Below are positions 9,330 through 19,688 of a stretch of 64,000 nt of DNA, piece by piece. Within the stretch, counting starts at the first letter, position 1; the number at the start of each line of letters is the position of its first letter. A program made the position numbers and the translations under genes. Origin of the DNA: Myxococcota bacterium. Its GTDB lineage: Bacteria; Myxococcota_A; SURF-8. A model generated the notes under the pieces. The model was not told the DNA's origin. It ran no database searches and was given only the letters and a program-made list of their open reading frames with translations. Location: positions 2,272,001 through 2,336,000 of the forward strand of contig CAXXQS010000002.1 in NCBI GenBank assembly GCA_963674735.2, in the 5' to 3' direction.

Positions 9330-12314
9330 ATGACGACGAACGGCGATGAGCAGCAGAAAGGCAGCCGGTCCCGGATCGCCAATTATCAGAAAATACTCGC
9401 GAACAACCCACGGTCTTTCATCTTCGCCCAACTGGCGGAAGAGCACCTGAAGCTGGGCGAGTTGGATCAGGCGATCGAGATCTGCCAGAAGGGATTGCAG
9501 TACAATCCCGATTTTTCGGACGGCTTGTACGTTCTGGGCGTCGCTCTGTTCAAAAAAGACCTCAAAGACAACGCCATCAAGCTTTTCCTGAGTATCCTGC
9601 GCAATCAGCCCGATCATTATCTGGCGGGCGAAGCCATGCACCGCATGGACTACACCGACGAACAGATCAAGCAGATGATCGCCGACGGCCTGGACGGTCG
9701 GCCGGAAGAGACGGAGGAGGAACTCTCGCTTTTGGGAGTGGTGCCGGAGGACGAAGAAGTGGCGTCGGCCGCCGCATCGGGAAAAATCCGGCTCGATTCG
9801 CGTCACGCGCCGTCGGAAGCGGCGCAGCAGATGTCGGCCCGCCGTGGCGTTCCGTCTGCGGCCGGGGACATTCGCAGCGCCATCCGTCCGGGGGTCGATA
9901 CCGCCGAACTTGACGACGAGGAACCGGCTTCGTCCGAACCGCGCAATCCGTGGCTGAAAGTCGCGGCTTTGGGCATTTTAATCGTGCTGGCGCTGGTGGG
10001 CTATTTCGTGTACGCCGCTTATGAGGCGCGTTCGGAGCGCGAAGCCGTCGCCATTTTATACATGGAAGCCGATGGCTTGCTCAAACAGGATTCCATGGCA
10101 TCCCAACGTGAAGCGATACGCAAGCTTGAGCAGGGAGTCGAGGCGCATCCGAAAGCCATCCATCTCAAGGCCATGCTGGTGGAGGCCTATGCCAGATCCC
10201 TCATCGATTTCGATCCCGACGATCTCGACTGGAAGGCGCGTATGGAAGCGCTGTTCGCGACGTTTCCGCCCGGCAACATGACCGACAGCGATTTGCTGTC
10301 CGCCCAGGCGTACCGCTCCTTCTATCTCAATCAGCCGGGGGATGTCCGTTTTCTCGTCGATACGGCCGGGGAAAAAGGCTTGCTGACGCCCGGTATGACC
10401 TGTCTGGACGGCGAGTTGAGCATCTTCGATCGCCGCTATCCGAAAGCGCTGTTGCTTTTCGATGAGGCCCTGGCCGACGACCCGGCACTCTTGCGCGCCC
10501 AGTATCGCAAAGCCCTCACCTTGATCGAAACAGGGAACCTGAAAGGGGCGCAGGCCACGCTGGAATTGCTGCTCGAACAGCAACCCGATCACCTGCGCGG
10601 AAAAATCCTGCTGTGGGAAGCGCGGATCAAACAGGGGGACGATGCCAAGCGTCTGCAGCAGGAAGTGAACGACTTTGCCGCCGTCAACGAAGCGAAATTG
10701 CCGAGTATTCCCCTGGCGCGGCTGCTTTACGTCCTGGCCCTGCTCAACAGTCAAAGCGGCGATACGGCGACGGCCCTCGGTCAGGCCGAACGGTCGGTTT
10801 CGCTACACGCCACGGCCGATTCGCTGTTTTTACTGGCGAAGCTGCAATTTGCGGCGAAGCGTTACGACGAAGCGAAGGACAACGCCCTGCAGGCTGCCGC
10901 TTTGAATCCGGATATGAAAGACTACCACGCCTTTTTGGGGCGCTTGTATTTTCTGGAAGATCACAAAACCGAGGCGTTGCGCCAGATGGAAATGGCCATC
11001 GATGACAGCACCGACGCTCTCGATCTGCTGGTCATGGCCGGCGATGCCGCTTCGAAACTGCGCATGTATGACAAGGCTGTGCAGTATTACGAGCGGGCCA
11101 GTTTTGTCAACTTCCAGAATCTCGATCTGAAAAAGAAGCTGATTCTCACCTATATCGAGAAGCAGGATATGAAGGATGCCAAACGGCGCATCGAGAAACT
11201 GCTGCTCGAACAGTACGACCAGCCGATCACGCATTTTCTGAACGGGCGTTATCTGTTGGCCGAAGGCGAACGGGCCAAAGCGCGCAAAGCGTTCATGACC
11301 GGCCTCTCCCGCGACGCGAAAAACCGGGAACTTCTGTTTGAACTGGCCCGCTTGGACATTCGCGAAAAAAACATGAAAGCCGGTTTCAAGCGTCTGAGAC
11401 GGCTGGTGGAGCTTTACCCGGAGGATGTGGAGGCGCTTGGGCTGCTGGCCGATTTCGCCTTTGCCGCCGATGCACGCGCGACCGCTTCCGAGCTTTACAA
11501 ACGCCTGGACGATCTGCGCCCGCAGATTCGGCGTTATCGCCTGCGATTGGCTTTTCTCGATTACCTGGCAGGGGAAAGCAAAGCGGCGCACGCCTTGGTA
11601 GAAAAGGAACTGGCCCGCAACCCCGACTTGGCCTACGGCCACATTCTACGCGGCATCTTCCTGTTGTTGGAGAACGATCCCAAACGCGCCGAGGCCCAGA
11701 TTCAAAAGGGCATTCAGTTAAACAGTAAAAACCCCGAGGGGCATTTCTGGCTGGGTCGGATCAAACGGGAAGCCGGGGACCACACTTGGGCGGTCAATGA
11801 ATTCGACCTCACCCTCGAATGCCAGCCCGTGTACCCGAAGGCCGATTTCGAAATCGCCGACATCCATTTCCTCAAAGGCGAATACGATCAGGCCAAGGAA
11901 CGCTACCTGCGCGCCCTGGACGTCTTCAGCCTCTTTTCCGAGGAGAAAGACTATCAGGTCAAGATTTACACCCGGCTGGGTGAAATCGATATCGTCCGCA
12001 ACCGGGTGCGGCAGGGGTTGAAGCTGGTGCGGCAGGCCTCCAAGATGGATCCCACCGCGGCGGAACCCTATTATATCCTGGCGCGCGATGCCATCGACAA
12101 ATACAGCAATGCGCGCAAAACGATTGGTCTGCTCAACAAGGCGCTGGAACTCGATCCCAAGCTGGCGCCCGCTCATTACGAACTCGGCCTGATGTACATG
12201 GCGCGCGACCGCAACAAGGAAGCCGCCAATCAGTTCCGCCGCTATCTGAAGATCGAGCCGAAAGGGCGTTTCGCCCAGGACGCGCGGCAGAAACTCGACA
12301 ACCTGCTCAGGTAA
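9330..12314 (+). CDS. Large membrane-anchored tetratricopeptide-repeat protein
   Basis: N-terminal TPRs, an acidic linker, one TM helix (VAALGILIVLALVGYFVY), then many TPR-like repeats (e.g. APAHYELGLMY). Confidence 0.85.
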   Translation: MTTNGDEQQKGSRSRIANYQKILANNPRSFIFAQLAEEHLKLGELDQAIEICQKGLQYNPDFSDGLYVLGVALFKKDLKDNAIKLFLSILRNQPDHYLAGEAMHRMDYTDEQIKQMIADGLDGRPEETEEELSLLGVVPEDEEVASAAASGKIRLDSRHAPSEAAQQMSARRGVPSAAGDIRSAIRPGVDTAELDDEEPASSEPRNPWLKVAALGILIVLALVGYFVYAAYEARSEREAVAILYMEADGLLKQDSMASQREAIRKLEQGVEAHPKAIHLKAMLVEAYARSLIDFDPDDLDWKARMEALFATFPPGNMTDSDLLSAQAYRSFYLNQPGDVRFLVDTAGEKGLLTPGMTCLDGELSIFDRRYPKALLLFDEALADDPALLRAQYRKALTLIETGNLKGAQATLELLLEQQPDHLRGKILLWEARIKQGDDAKRLQQEVNDFAAVNEAKLPSIPLARLLYVLALLNSQSGDTATALGQAERSVSLHATADSLFLLAKLQFAAKRYDEAKDNALQAAALNPDMKDYHAFLGRLYFLEDHKTEALRQMEMAIDDSTDALDLLVMAGDAASKLRMYDKAVQYYERASFVNFQNLDLKKKLILTYIEKQDMKDAKRRIEKLLLEQYDQPITHFLNGRYLLAEGERAKARKAFMTGLSRDAKNRELLFELARLDIREKNMKAGFKRLRRLVELYPEDVEALGLLADFAFAADARATASELYKRLDDLRPQIRRYRLRLAFLDYLAGESKAAHALVEKELARNPDLAYGHILRGIFLLLENDPKRAEAQIQKGIQLNSKNPEGHFWLGRIKREAGDHTWAVNEFDLTLECQPVYPKADFEIADIHFLKGEYDQAKERYLRALDVFSLFSEEKDYQVKIYTRLGEIDIVRNRVRQGLKLVRQASKMDPTAAEPYYILARDAIDKYSNARKTIGLLNKALELDPKLAPAHYELGLMYMARDRNKEAANQFRRYLKIEPKGRFAQDARQKLDNLLR

Positions 12315-12396
12315 TCGTCCACTGAAATTGGGTTAGGGGGTAGGGAATATGATGGGTAACTTGTTGCCCATCTTCATGCATCTTGATACGGATCGC

Positions 12397-13413
12397 CTAG
12401 TTGCCCATGCCGCGTTCGGCGTACCAGGATTGATAGAAGTTTTTATACTCGCCCGACTGTATGCGTCGCCACCAGCCTTCGTTTTCGCGGTACCATTCCA
12501 GCAGCCCCGGCAGGGCGTCCTCGATCATGCGCGTGGGGGCGAAGCCCAGTTCGCGTTGGGCCTTGTCGTAGGCGATGGCGTAGCGCCGGTCGTGTCCGGG
12601 ACGGTCTTTGACCAACTGGATGAGGGACTCGGGTTGCCCGGTGAGGGCGCAGATCTGCTTGGCGATGTCGAGGTTGGTCCGTTCGCAGTCGCCGCCGAAA
12701 TTGTATACGTCGCCCGGTTGCCCCTTTTCGATGGCCAGGGCCAGGCCCAGGCAGTGATCCTCTACGTGAATCCAGTCGCGGATGTTCTGGCCGTCGCCGT
12801 ATAGCGGCAACGAGCGGCCCTCCATGGCGTGGATCATGAAAAGCGGGATAAACTTCTCGGGAAACTGAAACGGCCCGTAATTGTTGGAACAATGGGTGAT
12901 CAGCACCGGGAAGTCGAAGGTCTGGAAGTAGCTGCGCGCCAGCAGGTCGGAGGCCGCTTTGCTGGCCGAATAGGGATTGTTGGGTGCGTAGGGGGAGTCC
13001 TCGTCAAACAGCCCCTCCGGACCGAGCGAACCGTATACTTCATCGGTGGAGACGTGTACGAACAGGCGCAAACCGGCCTCGCGTGCGGCGTCGAAGAGAA
13101 TCTGAGAGCCCAAAACATTGGTGGTGACGAAGACCTGCGGACCGACGATGGAGCGGTCGACAAAGCTCTCCGCCGCGAAATGGACCACGACTTCGCAGCC
13201 GTGCATGGCTTCGGCCACCACCTGTGGATCGGTGATATCGCCGCGAATGAAACGGTAGTGGGGGTCGTCGTCGAGGTCTTTTAAATTTTCGAGGTTGCCC
13301 GCATAGGTGAGGGCGTCGAGGTTGACCAGGGTGTCCGCAGGATGTCGTGCACGCCAAAGCTGTATGAAATTACTACCGATAAATCCGGATCCGCCGGTGA
13401 CCAGAAGCTGCAT
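12397..13413 (-). CDS. rfbB: dTDP-glucose 4,6-dehydratase
   Basis: LVTGGSGFIGSN, DALTYAGN, HVSTDEVYG, YSASK, NNYGPFQFPEK, DRPGHDRRY; start MQLL at 13413 after a GAGG RBS. Confidence 0.95.
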   Translation of the reverse strand: MQLLVTGGSGFIGSNFIQLWRARHPADTLVNLDALTYAGNLENLKDLDDDPHYRFIRGDITDPQVVAEAMHGCEVVVHFAAESFVDRSIVGPQVFVTTNVLGSQILFDAAREAGLRLFVHVSTDEVYGSLGPEGLFDEDSPYAPNNPYSASKAASDLLARSYFQTFDFPVLITHCSNNYGPFQFPEKFIPLFMIHAMEGRSLPLYGDGQNIRDWIHVEDHCLGLALAIEKGQPGDVYNFGGDCERTNLDIAKQICALTGQPESLIQLVKDRPGHDRRYAIAYDKAQRELGFAPTRMIEDALPGLLEWYRENEGWWRRIQSGEYKNFYQSWYAERGMGN

Positions 13414-13706
13414 GCCATCCTCTCTTCGTTTAAGCGCCGGTTCGAACGTCTGCACAATAAATCCAGCATACCACGCCCGCGCATCCGACGCCAGTTTGCC
13501 GCCTGTCGATCGGGTGCCAATGAGCTCTTTAGAGAGCGAAATCCCAAGAATTGCCAATAACTTCCGGCTGTGGTACAATAAATATAGAATTCACGTTGCA
13601 GGCAAGGATTCAACTTGACAGCGCCGTTGCAAACGTGCTACTGAAGTTCCATTCATTTTTCGGAGGATCAAACCCTCCGTTGGATTGCGTGAAAGGAGAT
13701 CGGTTG

Positions 13707-14024
13707 ATGACGAGGCTTGTAAAGCTGCTGATGTGTGCTGCCCTGGTGGCCCTGCTCGCGTTCCCCCTGATGCTGACCGGTTGCGGCGACGAAAGCGATC
13801 TCGAAGATCCCACGCTGAATTATCCGGACGGTGGATCGCGTGACGAACAGGCATGCAAGGACGCGTGCGATAAAATCGCCGGTTGTATCGGCGGCGACCA
13901 GTCGGATTTCCTGGAAGACTGCAAACGCCAGTGCAATACGGCCACGTATTTCGACCGTGAAGCGCTCGATTGCATCGATGATGCCGGCTGCGATGCGATT
14001 TTCAGTTGTGGGTTTGAATATTAA
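13707..14024 (+). CDS. Small Cys-rich lipoprotein (8 Cys in the mature domain)
   Basis: AAGGAG RBS, lipobox LTGC, pattern CxxxCxxxxxC...CxxxC...CI...C...C. Confidence 0.75.
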   Translation: MTRLVKLLMCAALVALLAFPLMLTGCGDESDLEDPTLNYPDGGSRDEQACKDACDKIAGCIGGDQSDFLEDCKRQCNTATYFDREALDCIDDAGCDAIFSCGFEY

Positions 14025-14192
14025 ATCGACGGAAAATGCGATTCCCGCACGGGAATCCTTGACCGACGCCTCAAGTTTGGATATCATTCCGACGAACGAC
14101 GTCCTCTTCGAGCCTCGACGGATGACGCCCTACCCCGTGGGTGTGGGTGGGTGTCATGGCGGGGGTGAGTGGATCAGGCAAGGAGAAGGTGC

Positions 14193-14492
14193 ATGATGTT
14201 TCGGAACCCGATGATTAGATTGGCTATGATGGCATTGCTGCTGCTGTCCCTGACGGTAATGGCGCTGGGTTGTGGCGATGCCAATCGCGCGGACTGCAAA
14301 AGTTCCTGCGAAAAGATTTACGATTGCGACGATCCGGATAACGGCGGCTCCGGTGTCCTCGACGACACGTGGCTGCTCTCCTGCAAGTCGGCCTGTGAAG
14401 AGGCGGACGAAATTGCCGAGGATGTCGCGGATTGTATCCTGAAAACGAATTGCGAAGATATCGAGCGGGAGTGCGGAGCCGGATCCGTCTAA
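14193..14492 (+). CDS. Small Cys-rich lipoprotein, paralog of the upstream gene
   Basis: AAGGAG RBS, lipobox ALGC, same 8-Cys spacing. Confidence 0.75.
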   Translation: MMFRNPMIRLAMMALLLLSLTVMALGCGDANRADCKSSCEKIYDCDDPDNGGSGVLDDTWLLSCKSACEEADEIAEDVADCILKTNCEDIERECGAGSV

Positions 14493-14521
14493 GCCTCTAT
14501 CCCCCTCTCGTACAAGTTTCG

Positions 14522-14554
14522 AAAGGTGACGCCTGCGAGCGTCGCCTTTTTTTT
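14522..14554 (+). terminator. Intrinsic terminator
   Basis: AAAGGTGACGC / GCGTCGCCTTT stem followed by a T8 run. Confidence 0.75.
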
Positions 14555-14738
14555 ATGTTCGTCATGGCGTTCTCTCTCCGGGTCGTGCTTTCCGGCCCTC
14601 CTTTCGGATGGCATGGAAACGGCGAGTCGTCTCCCTTCGCCGAGCAGCTTGCAAGGCTGTCCTCGATTGGAAGAGACGCCGTTGTGCCGTTGATGAGGCG
14701 GCGGGACAAGCGGGCTCCGGTTGCGTTGGGATTGGGGC

Positions 14739-16340
14739 TTAGGCCTCCAGGCGCGCCAGCGCTCTTTCGAGTCGCAGAACGCCTTGAAGAAAGAGGCGTT
14801 TGGTTTGCGGATAATTGACGACGAAGCGGGTGGCGGTGATCAGCGAGCGGGCCATCATCAGGCACAAACGCTCCTCGAACAGCGTATCGCCGTGCTCGGC
14901 GGCGAAGCCGCGTGTGAAGTCGATGATGCGCGAGTTCACCGATTCCAGGACGGTCATCTGTTCGTCGGAGTGGATGGGCATGCGCAGATTGGAGGCCAGC
15001 AGGACGCTGATATCCTGCAGGTAATCGCCGTCCGTGCTGCGATAAACGTCGATAAACTGGATTTTGTTCTCGCGCTGCCGAAACAGCAGATTGTCGTTGT
15101 TGAAATCGCCGTGGATGAAAACGGTAAACGGAGTGGCGAGTCGGTCGTTGAAGACTTCCGCGCGTCGGATCAAGTCTTCGAGCGGGGGATGCTCGATGCC
15201 GCAGAACGAGGCGGGTTCGTTGCGCAACAATCCCAGCTTGCGGTGGCGGAAATAGGTGGCGTCGAGGCGCTTGCGCAACTGGTGCATGGGCGTAAAAGGC
15301 GCGGGCTCGGGACGGTAGGTTTGGGTCCAGATCATGTCGAGCAGTCCGAGCAGTTTGTCGGTAACCGCCTCGGCTTTGTCGAACCATTTGGCGTCGTTGT
15401 AGATGTCGAAAAGCGTGACTCCCTGCAGGTACTTGTAAAGCATCACCTGGCGCTTGTCGTCGTCTTTGGTGGTGAGCACCTGCGGGACCAGGTTGGGGAT
15501 AATCCGGTTCCAGCGTTCCAGGCAGTCGACTTCCTTTTGGATTTTATGCGGCGTGCCTTCCTTGTAAATGAAGGTGTCGTCCTGGCCTGTTTCCAGCTTG
15601 AATGTGGAGGAGCCCGATTTGGTGCCCCAAAAGCCTTCCACTGAAAGTTCGGTGAGTTTGTCTTCGTCGAACAGGCGTGAAAACTCGCTGGCCTGGTGCA
15701 TTTTCAGGCGTTCACCGGCCACCATGGTCAAAACCGCTTCGGCCATGTCCAGGATGGCATCGCCGATTTTTTCCAGTTGCTTGGCGGCGAAAAGCTCGGT
15801 GAGCCGGTAACCGACATCCTGGCCGGGATTGGTGAGCCATTCCAGGGTTTCGTGCAGCATGGACGTATAGACGTCGTCGAGGACCGATTCCGTGCGTCCG
15901 GCCTTCTCGGCCATTTCGATGTCGCGTTTTAAAAAGGCCTGCACCACCTGCTCGATTCCGATCAAGGCTTTTTCAAGTCCGCCGCGCAGGTTGAGGGCGG
16001 AGGGCTGCAGAGGCTTCTTGACGATGTGTAGCGATTGCTTGGCGATATTTTCCGCATGGTCGGCCACTTTTTCGAGAGCCTTGGCCATCTTGAGCGCCGT
16101 GCGCAGGTACTCCAGTTTGGGGGCTTCGCTGCATTCCTGAATGAGTTTGAAAATGCGACTTTCGGTGAGGACATACAGGTTGTCGACGTAGTTGTCCTTT
16201 TCGATCACGGTGTGGGCGAGTTGCTCGTCCCGGTCGACGAAGGCCAGAACCGCCATCTTGAGCTGGACCAGCGCCGCTCCGCTCATGCCGAGGACCATTT
16301 CTTTCACTTGCTGACGGGAGTCCGGACTCGTCAACGGCAT
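14739..16340 (-). CDS. PhoU-domain / aminoglycoside-phosphotransferase-like kinase fusion
   Basis: Two PhoU repeats (LEKVADHAENIA, LEKIGDAILDMAE), then a kinase fold with HGDFNNDN and FIDVYRS. Confidence 0.85.
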   Translation of the reverse strand: MPLTSPDSRQQVKEMVLGMSGAALVQLKMAVLAFVDRDEQLAHTVIEKDNYVDNLYVLTESRIFKLIQECSEAPKLEYLRTALKMAKALEKVADHAENIAKQSLHIVKKPLQPSALNLRGGLEKALIGIEQVVQAFLKRDIEMAEKAGRTESVLDDVYTSMLHETLEWLTNPGQDVGYRLTELFAAKQLEKIGDAILDMAEAVLTMVAGERLKMHQASEFSRLFDEDKLTELSVEGFWGTKSGSSTFKLETGQDDTFIYKEGTPHKIQKEVDCLERWNRIIPNLVPQVLTTKDDDKRQVMLYKYLQGVTLFDIYNDAKWFDKAEAVTDKLLGLLDMIWTQTYRPEPAPFTPMHQLRKRLDATYFRHRKLGLLRNEPASFCGIEHPPLEDLIRRAEVFNDRLATPFTVFIHGDFNNDNLLFRQRENKIQFIDVYRSTDGDYLQDISVLLASNLRMPIHSDEQMTVLESVNSRIIDFTRGFAAEHGDTLFEERLCLMMARSLITATRFVVNYPQTKRLFLQGVLRLERALARLEA

Positions 16341-16343
16341 GGG

Positions 16344-16613
16344 CTAGTCCTTTTCGCTGTCGATGCTCAAGGCTTTCGTAGATGGGCTGTGGTCGCGCCA
16401 GGTCAATTCCAGCGATACCCGGTTGTGGACACCGCGTCGGGATGCGCGCAGATCGAGTTCGGTCTCCCGGCTCGGCGCGAGTTTGAAACGCTCGTCGCCG
16501 GTGCTCAGCGTGACCTGTCCCTGGCGCAAACCGCGGGCCAAAGCCTCCAGATAGTCGGCGGCTTGTTCGGGGCTGGTAACCAGTGAAAAATAGAATTCCT
16601 GATTTTCACGCAT
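16344..16613 (-). CDS. Amphi-Trp domain protein
   Basis: AADYLEALARGLRQGQVTL...amphipathic strands ending SLELTW; matches the amphi-Trp family pattern. Confidence 0.85.
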   Translation of the reverse strand: MRENQEFYFSLVTSPEQAADYLEALARGLRQGQVTLSTGDERFKLAPSRETELDLRASRRGVHNRVSLELTWRDHSPSTKALSIDSEKD

Positions 16614-16806
16614 ACAACCGACCTCCTTGGCACGAAGCGGTAAACCAATATAGTATCAATGTGTTAGACATTTAGCAATAGAAAGCAAACGAAAAGCAAA
16701 ACGAAATTCCGCGTTGCCGGATCGGAAAGCTTGTCGACGGCGGGGCTTTATGCTAGCTTGGGCTCGCAAAACAGCGTTGAGACTGTGTAGAGACGAGGCG
16801 TATGCG

Positions 16807-17727
16807 ATGAATGTGGAGAAGATCAGAGACCGTTTTCCGGAGAAGCTCGATAATGTGGTGCTGACTCTGGGTAATTTCGACGGGGTTCACCGCGGGCATC
16901 AGAAACTGCTGCGCCTGACGCGCGATAAAGCCCGCCAGCGTCTGGGCCGAGCGGTCGTGATGACCTTCGATCCCCATCCCGTGCAGGTTTTCAAGCCGTC
17001 GCTGTTCAAACAGATTCAAAGCCTGGACGACCGCCTGTGCCGCATCGAGCAATCCGGGGTGGACACCTGCGTGGTGGTGGAGTTCACCCGCAACCTGGCC
17101 GACCACACCCCGCGCGAGTTCGTCCTTGAATGGATGCTGCGGCTTTTCGATCTCAAGGAAGTGGTGATCGGCTACGACACCACCTTCGGCAAGGGCCGCA
17201 CCGGCAGTCCGCCGATGATGGAGGAATTCGGGCGCGCCTTCGGTTTCGACACCCACGTGGTGGAAGCCATCTACATCGGCGACGAGCCGGTTAGTTCTTC
17301 GCGTATCCGCCGGACCGTGGCGGCGGGCAAGGTGGAGGAAGCCACCGATCTGCTGGGATACAATTATTTCCTGCGCGGGACGGTGGTCAAGGGCTTCGGA
17401 CGTGGCGCGGCCGTGCTGGGCTATCCCACCGCCAATATCAAAACGGAAACCAATCTGATCCCCGCCAATGGGGTTTATGCCGCCTGGTTTCATCGCAACG
17501 GCGACCGCTATCGGGGTGCACTCAACGTGGGCACCAACCCGACATTCGGCAACCAGGCCGTCTCGGTGGAAACCTATATCCTCGATTTCGATGAAGACAT
17601 CTACGGCGAGGATGTGAAGGTGGAGTTCGTGCAGCGCCTGCGCGGCGAACGTAAATTCGACTCCATCGACGCCCTTAAACAACAGATGACCCTCGACGTG
17701 GCCGAGGTGCGGCGTGTGCTGCGCTGA
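16807..17727 (+). CDS. ribF: Bifunctional riboflavin kinase/FAD synthetase
   Basis: GNFDGVHRGH, TFDPHP, VSSSRIR, LGYPTAN, NVGTNPTF, LRGERKF. Confidence 0.95.
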   Translation: MNVEKIRDRFPEKLDNVVLTLGNFDGVHRGHQKLLRLTRDKARQRLGRAVVMTFDPHPVQVFKPSLFKQIQSLDDRLCRIEQSGVDTCVVVEFTRNLADHTPREFVLEWMLRLFDLKEVVIGYDTTFGKGRTGSPPMMEEFGRAFGFDTHVVEAIYIGDEPVSSSRIRRTVAAGKVEEATDLLGYNYFLRGTVVKGFGRGAAVLGYPTANIKTETNLIPANGVYAAWFHRNGDRYRGALNVGTNPTFGNQAVSVETYILDFDEDIYGEDVKVEFVQRLRGERKFDSIDALKQQMTLDVAEVRRVLR

Positions 17728-18487
17728 CGGGGTGGCGGTGGTCGTCCCCGCCCGCAACGAAGCCGCCTGTATTCGCCACGTTCTCCAGACCATTCCCGCT
17801 TTCGTCCGATACATCATTGTGGTGGATGACGCCAGCGAGGACCGCACGGCGGAGCTGGTGCGCTCGCTCGGCGATGCGCGCATCGAGCTTGTGCGGCATG
17901 AAAGGAATCGGGGCGTGGGAGCGGCGATAGCCAGCGGCTATCGGCGTGCGTTGGCGCGTGAAGCGGCCGTGGTGGCGGTGATGGCGGGAGATGGCCAGAT
18001 GGATCCCGCCGACCTGCGGGCGCTGTGCGAGCCGGTCGTGAAGGGGGAGGCCGATTACGCCAAAGGCGACCGCTTCGCCGACGGCAGCGCCTCCGTCCGC
18101 ATGCCGCCCGTGCGTCTGGTCGGGAACTGGCTGTTGTCGTGGCTCTCCAAGCCGGTGACCGGCTATTACGAGGTGTTCGATAGCCAGTGCGGCTATACCG
18201 TCATTTCGGCGGGCATGCTGCGCCGTCTCGACCTCGCCTCCCTGTATCCGCGCTACGGTGTGCCCAACGACCTGCTGGCGCGTCTGCATCGTCTCGATGC
18301 GCGGGTGGTGGATGTGCCGGTGCGTCCCGTGTATCCGGGGCGTCATTCTCAGATGAAGCTGTGGCGCGTGGTTCCCGAGTTGAGCTGGCTGATGCTGCGC
18401 CTGTGGGCAAGACGGATGACGGCGCGCCTCGATCCCGAACCGGCGGCGGGGGGCGTGCGGGAGAACGCCTTCGATGCCGCCGACTGA
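17714..18487 (+). CDS. Glycosyltransferase family 2
   Basis: VVVPARNEA, VVDDASEDRT, NRGVGAA, MAGDGQMDP, DSQCGY. Confidence 0.9.
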   Translation: MCCADGVAVVVPARNEAACIRHVLQTIPAFVRYIIVVDDASEDRTAELVRSLGDARIELVRHERNRGVGAAIASGYRRALAREAAVVAVMAGDGQMDPADLRALCEPVVKGEADYAKGDRFADGSASVRMPPVRLVGNWLLSWLSKPVTGYYEVFDSQCGYTVISAGMLRRLDLASLYPRYGVPNDLLARLHRLDARVVDVPVRPVYPGRHSQMKLWRVVPELSWLMLRLWARRMTARLDPEPAAGGVRENAFDAAD

Positions 18488-19688
18488 CACCCTCGTTATC
18501 ACCTCCGCTTATCCGCGCTTTCCCGGCGATTTCGCCGGCCGTTTCGTGGCCGAGCAGGCGCGTGCCTGCGGTGTGTTGGGTGGGGTTCGCGTGCTGGCCC
18601 CCGCCGATGCGGCCGTCGAGCCGGGGTATGCGCCGTTCGACATTCCGATCCTGCGTTATGCCTCCTTATTCAATCGCTGGAGCGGCCCTTTTTATGGAGC
18701 CGGTGGACCCGACAACCTGCGGCGGCGGTCGGTGCGACTGAGCGTGCCGTACGCCGTTTCCGCGTTGCTTTCGGCCGCGCGGCGTGAAAACCGGACGGCG
18801 GCGCGGCTGGTGGCCCATTGGCTGGTCCCGGCCGGATTCGCGGCGGCAATGGTGAAACGACGCGACCAGCGGCTGCAGGTGATCGTGCATGGCGGCGACT
18901 GGCGCTGGCTGTCCGCCTCGGCGTATGGGCGCGCGTTGGCGCTGGGCGTGTTGTGGCGGGCGGATGACGTGGTGGCGGTGGCGCCCTGGCTGGCCGCGTC
19001 GCTTTCGGCGGCGGTGCCCGCCCGGTTTCGCGCCGCCTTTAAACGCAAGCTGCGTGTGTTGCCGATGGGGCTCGACACGCAGGCCTACGTCGCCGCTGCG
19101 CCGGACCCCGAGGTGTCCGGCGCTCTGCCGCGTCCGCCGTTGATTCTCGGGGTGGGGCGGCTGGTGCCCATCAAGGGGTTCGACCGTTTGATCGAGGCGT
19201 TGGCGGGGCTTGTGGCGGACGGGCGGGAGGCGCGTTTGCGCCTGATCGGCGACGGACCCGAACGCGGACGTTTGGCGGCGTTGGCGGCGCGTAGCGGGGT
19301 GGCGCTCGACTTGCCGGGGGCGCTGGACGGGGATGCGTTGGCGGCGGAGTATGCGGCGGCGACTGTCGTGGCGCTGCCGTCGCGTGGCGGGTGTGGCGGC
19401 GGGGAAGGGCTGCCGCGCGTGCTGCTGGAGGCTATGGCGGCCGGGTGCGCGGTCGCGGCGTCCGATTCGGGCGGGGTGGCATCGGTTGTGCGGCACGATG
19501 AAAATGGACTGCTGGATGAGGGAAAGAATGCTACACTACGGTCCAATCTGGCGCGTTTGCTGACGGATTCCGCGTTGCGTCGCCGTTTGGGCGAGCGGGC
19601 GCAGGCCGACGCGCGGGACTATGATTGGCGCGTTTTGGGGCCGAAGTTTGTCGAACCGTTTACGAGGAGGCTGCCGTGTTCAAGGTGA
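18474..19688 (+). CDS. Glycosyltransferase family 4
   Basis: GVGRLVPIKG, GDGPER, EGLPRVLLEAMAAG. Confidence 0.9.
   Translation: MPPTDTLVITSAYPRFPGDFAGRFVAEQARACGVLGGVRVLAPADAAVEPGYAPFDIPILRYASLFNRWSGPFYGAGGPDNLRRRSVRLSVPYAVSALLSAARRENRTAARLVAHWLVPAGFAAAMVKRRDQRLQVIVHGGDWRWLSASAYGRALALGVLWRADDVVAVAPWLAASLSAAVPARFRAAFKRKLRVLPMGLDTQAYVAAAPDPEVSGALPRPPLILGVGRLVPIKGFDRLIEALAGLVADGREARLRLIGDGPERGRLAALAARSGVALDLPGALDGDALAAEYAAATVVALPSRGGCGGGEGLPRVLLEAMAAGCAVAASDSGGVASVVRHDENGLLDEGKNATLRSNLARLLTDSALRRRLGERAQADARDYDWRVLGPKFVEPFTRRLPCSR

Noticed and set aside
14555-14738. Possible structured RNA between the terminator and the PhoU-kinase stop
   Set aside because: Only short GC hairpins expected by chance; no family signature.
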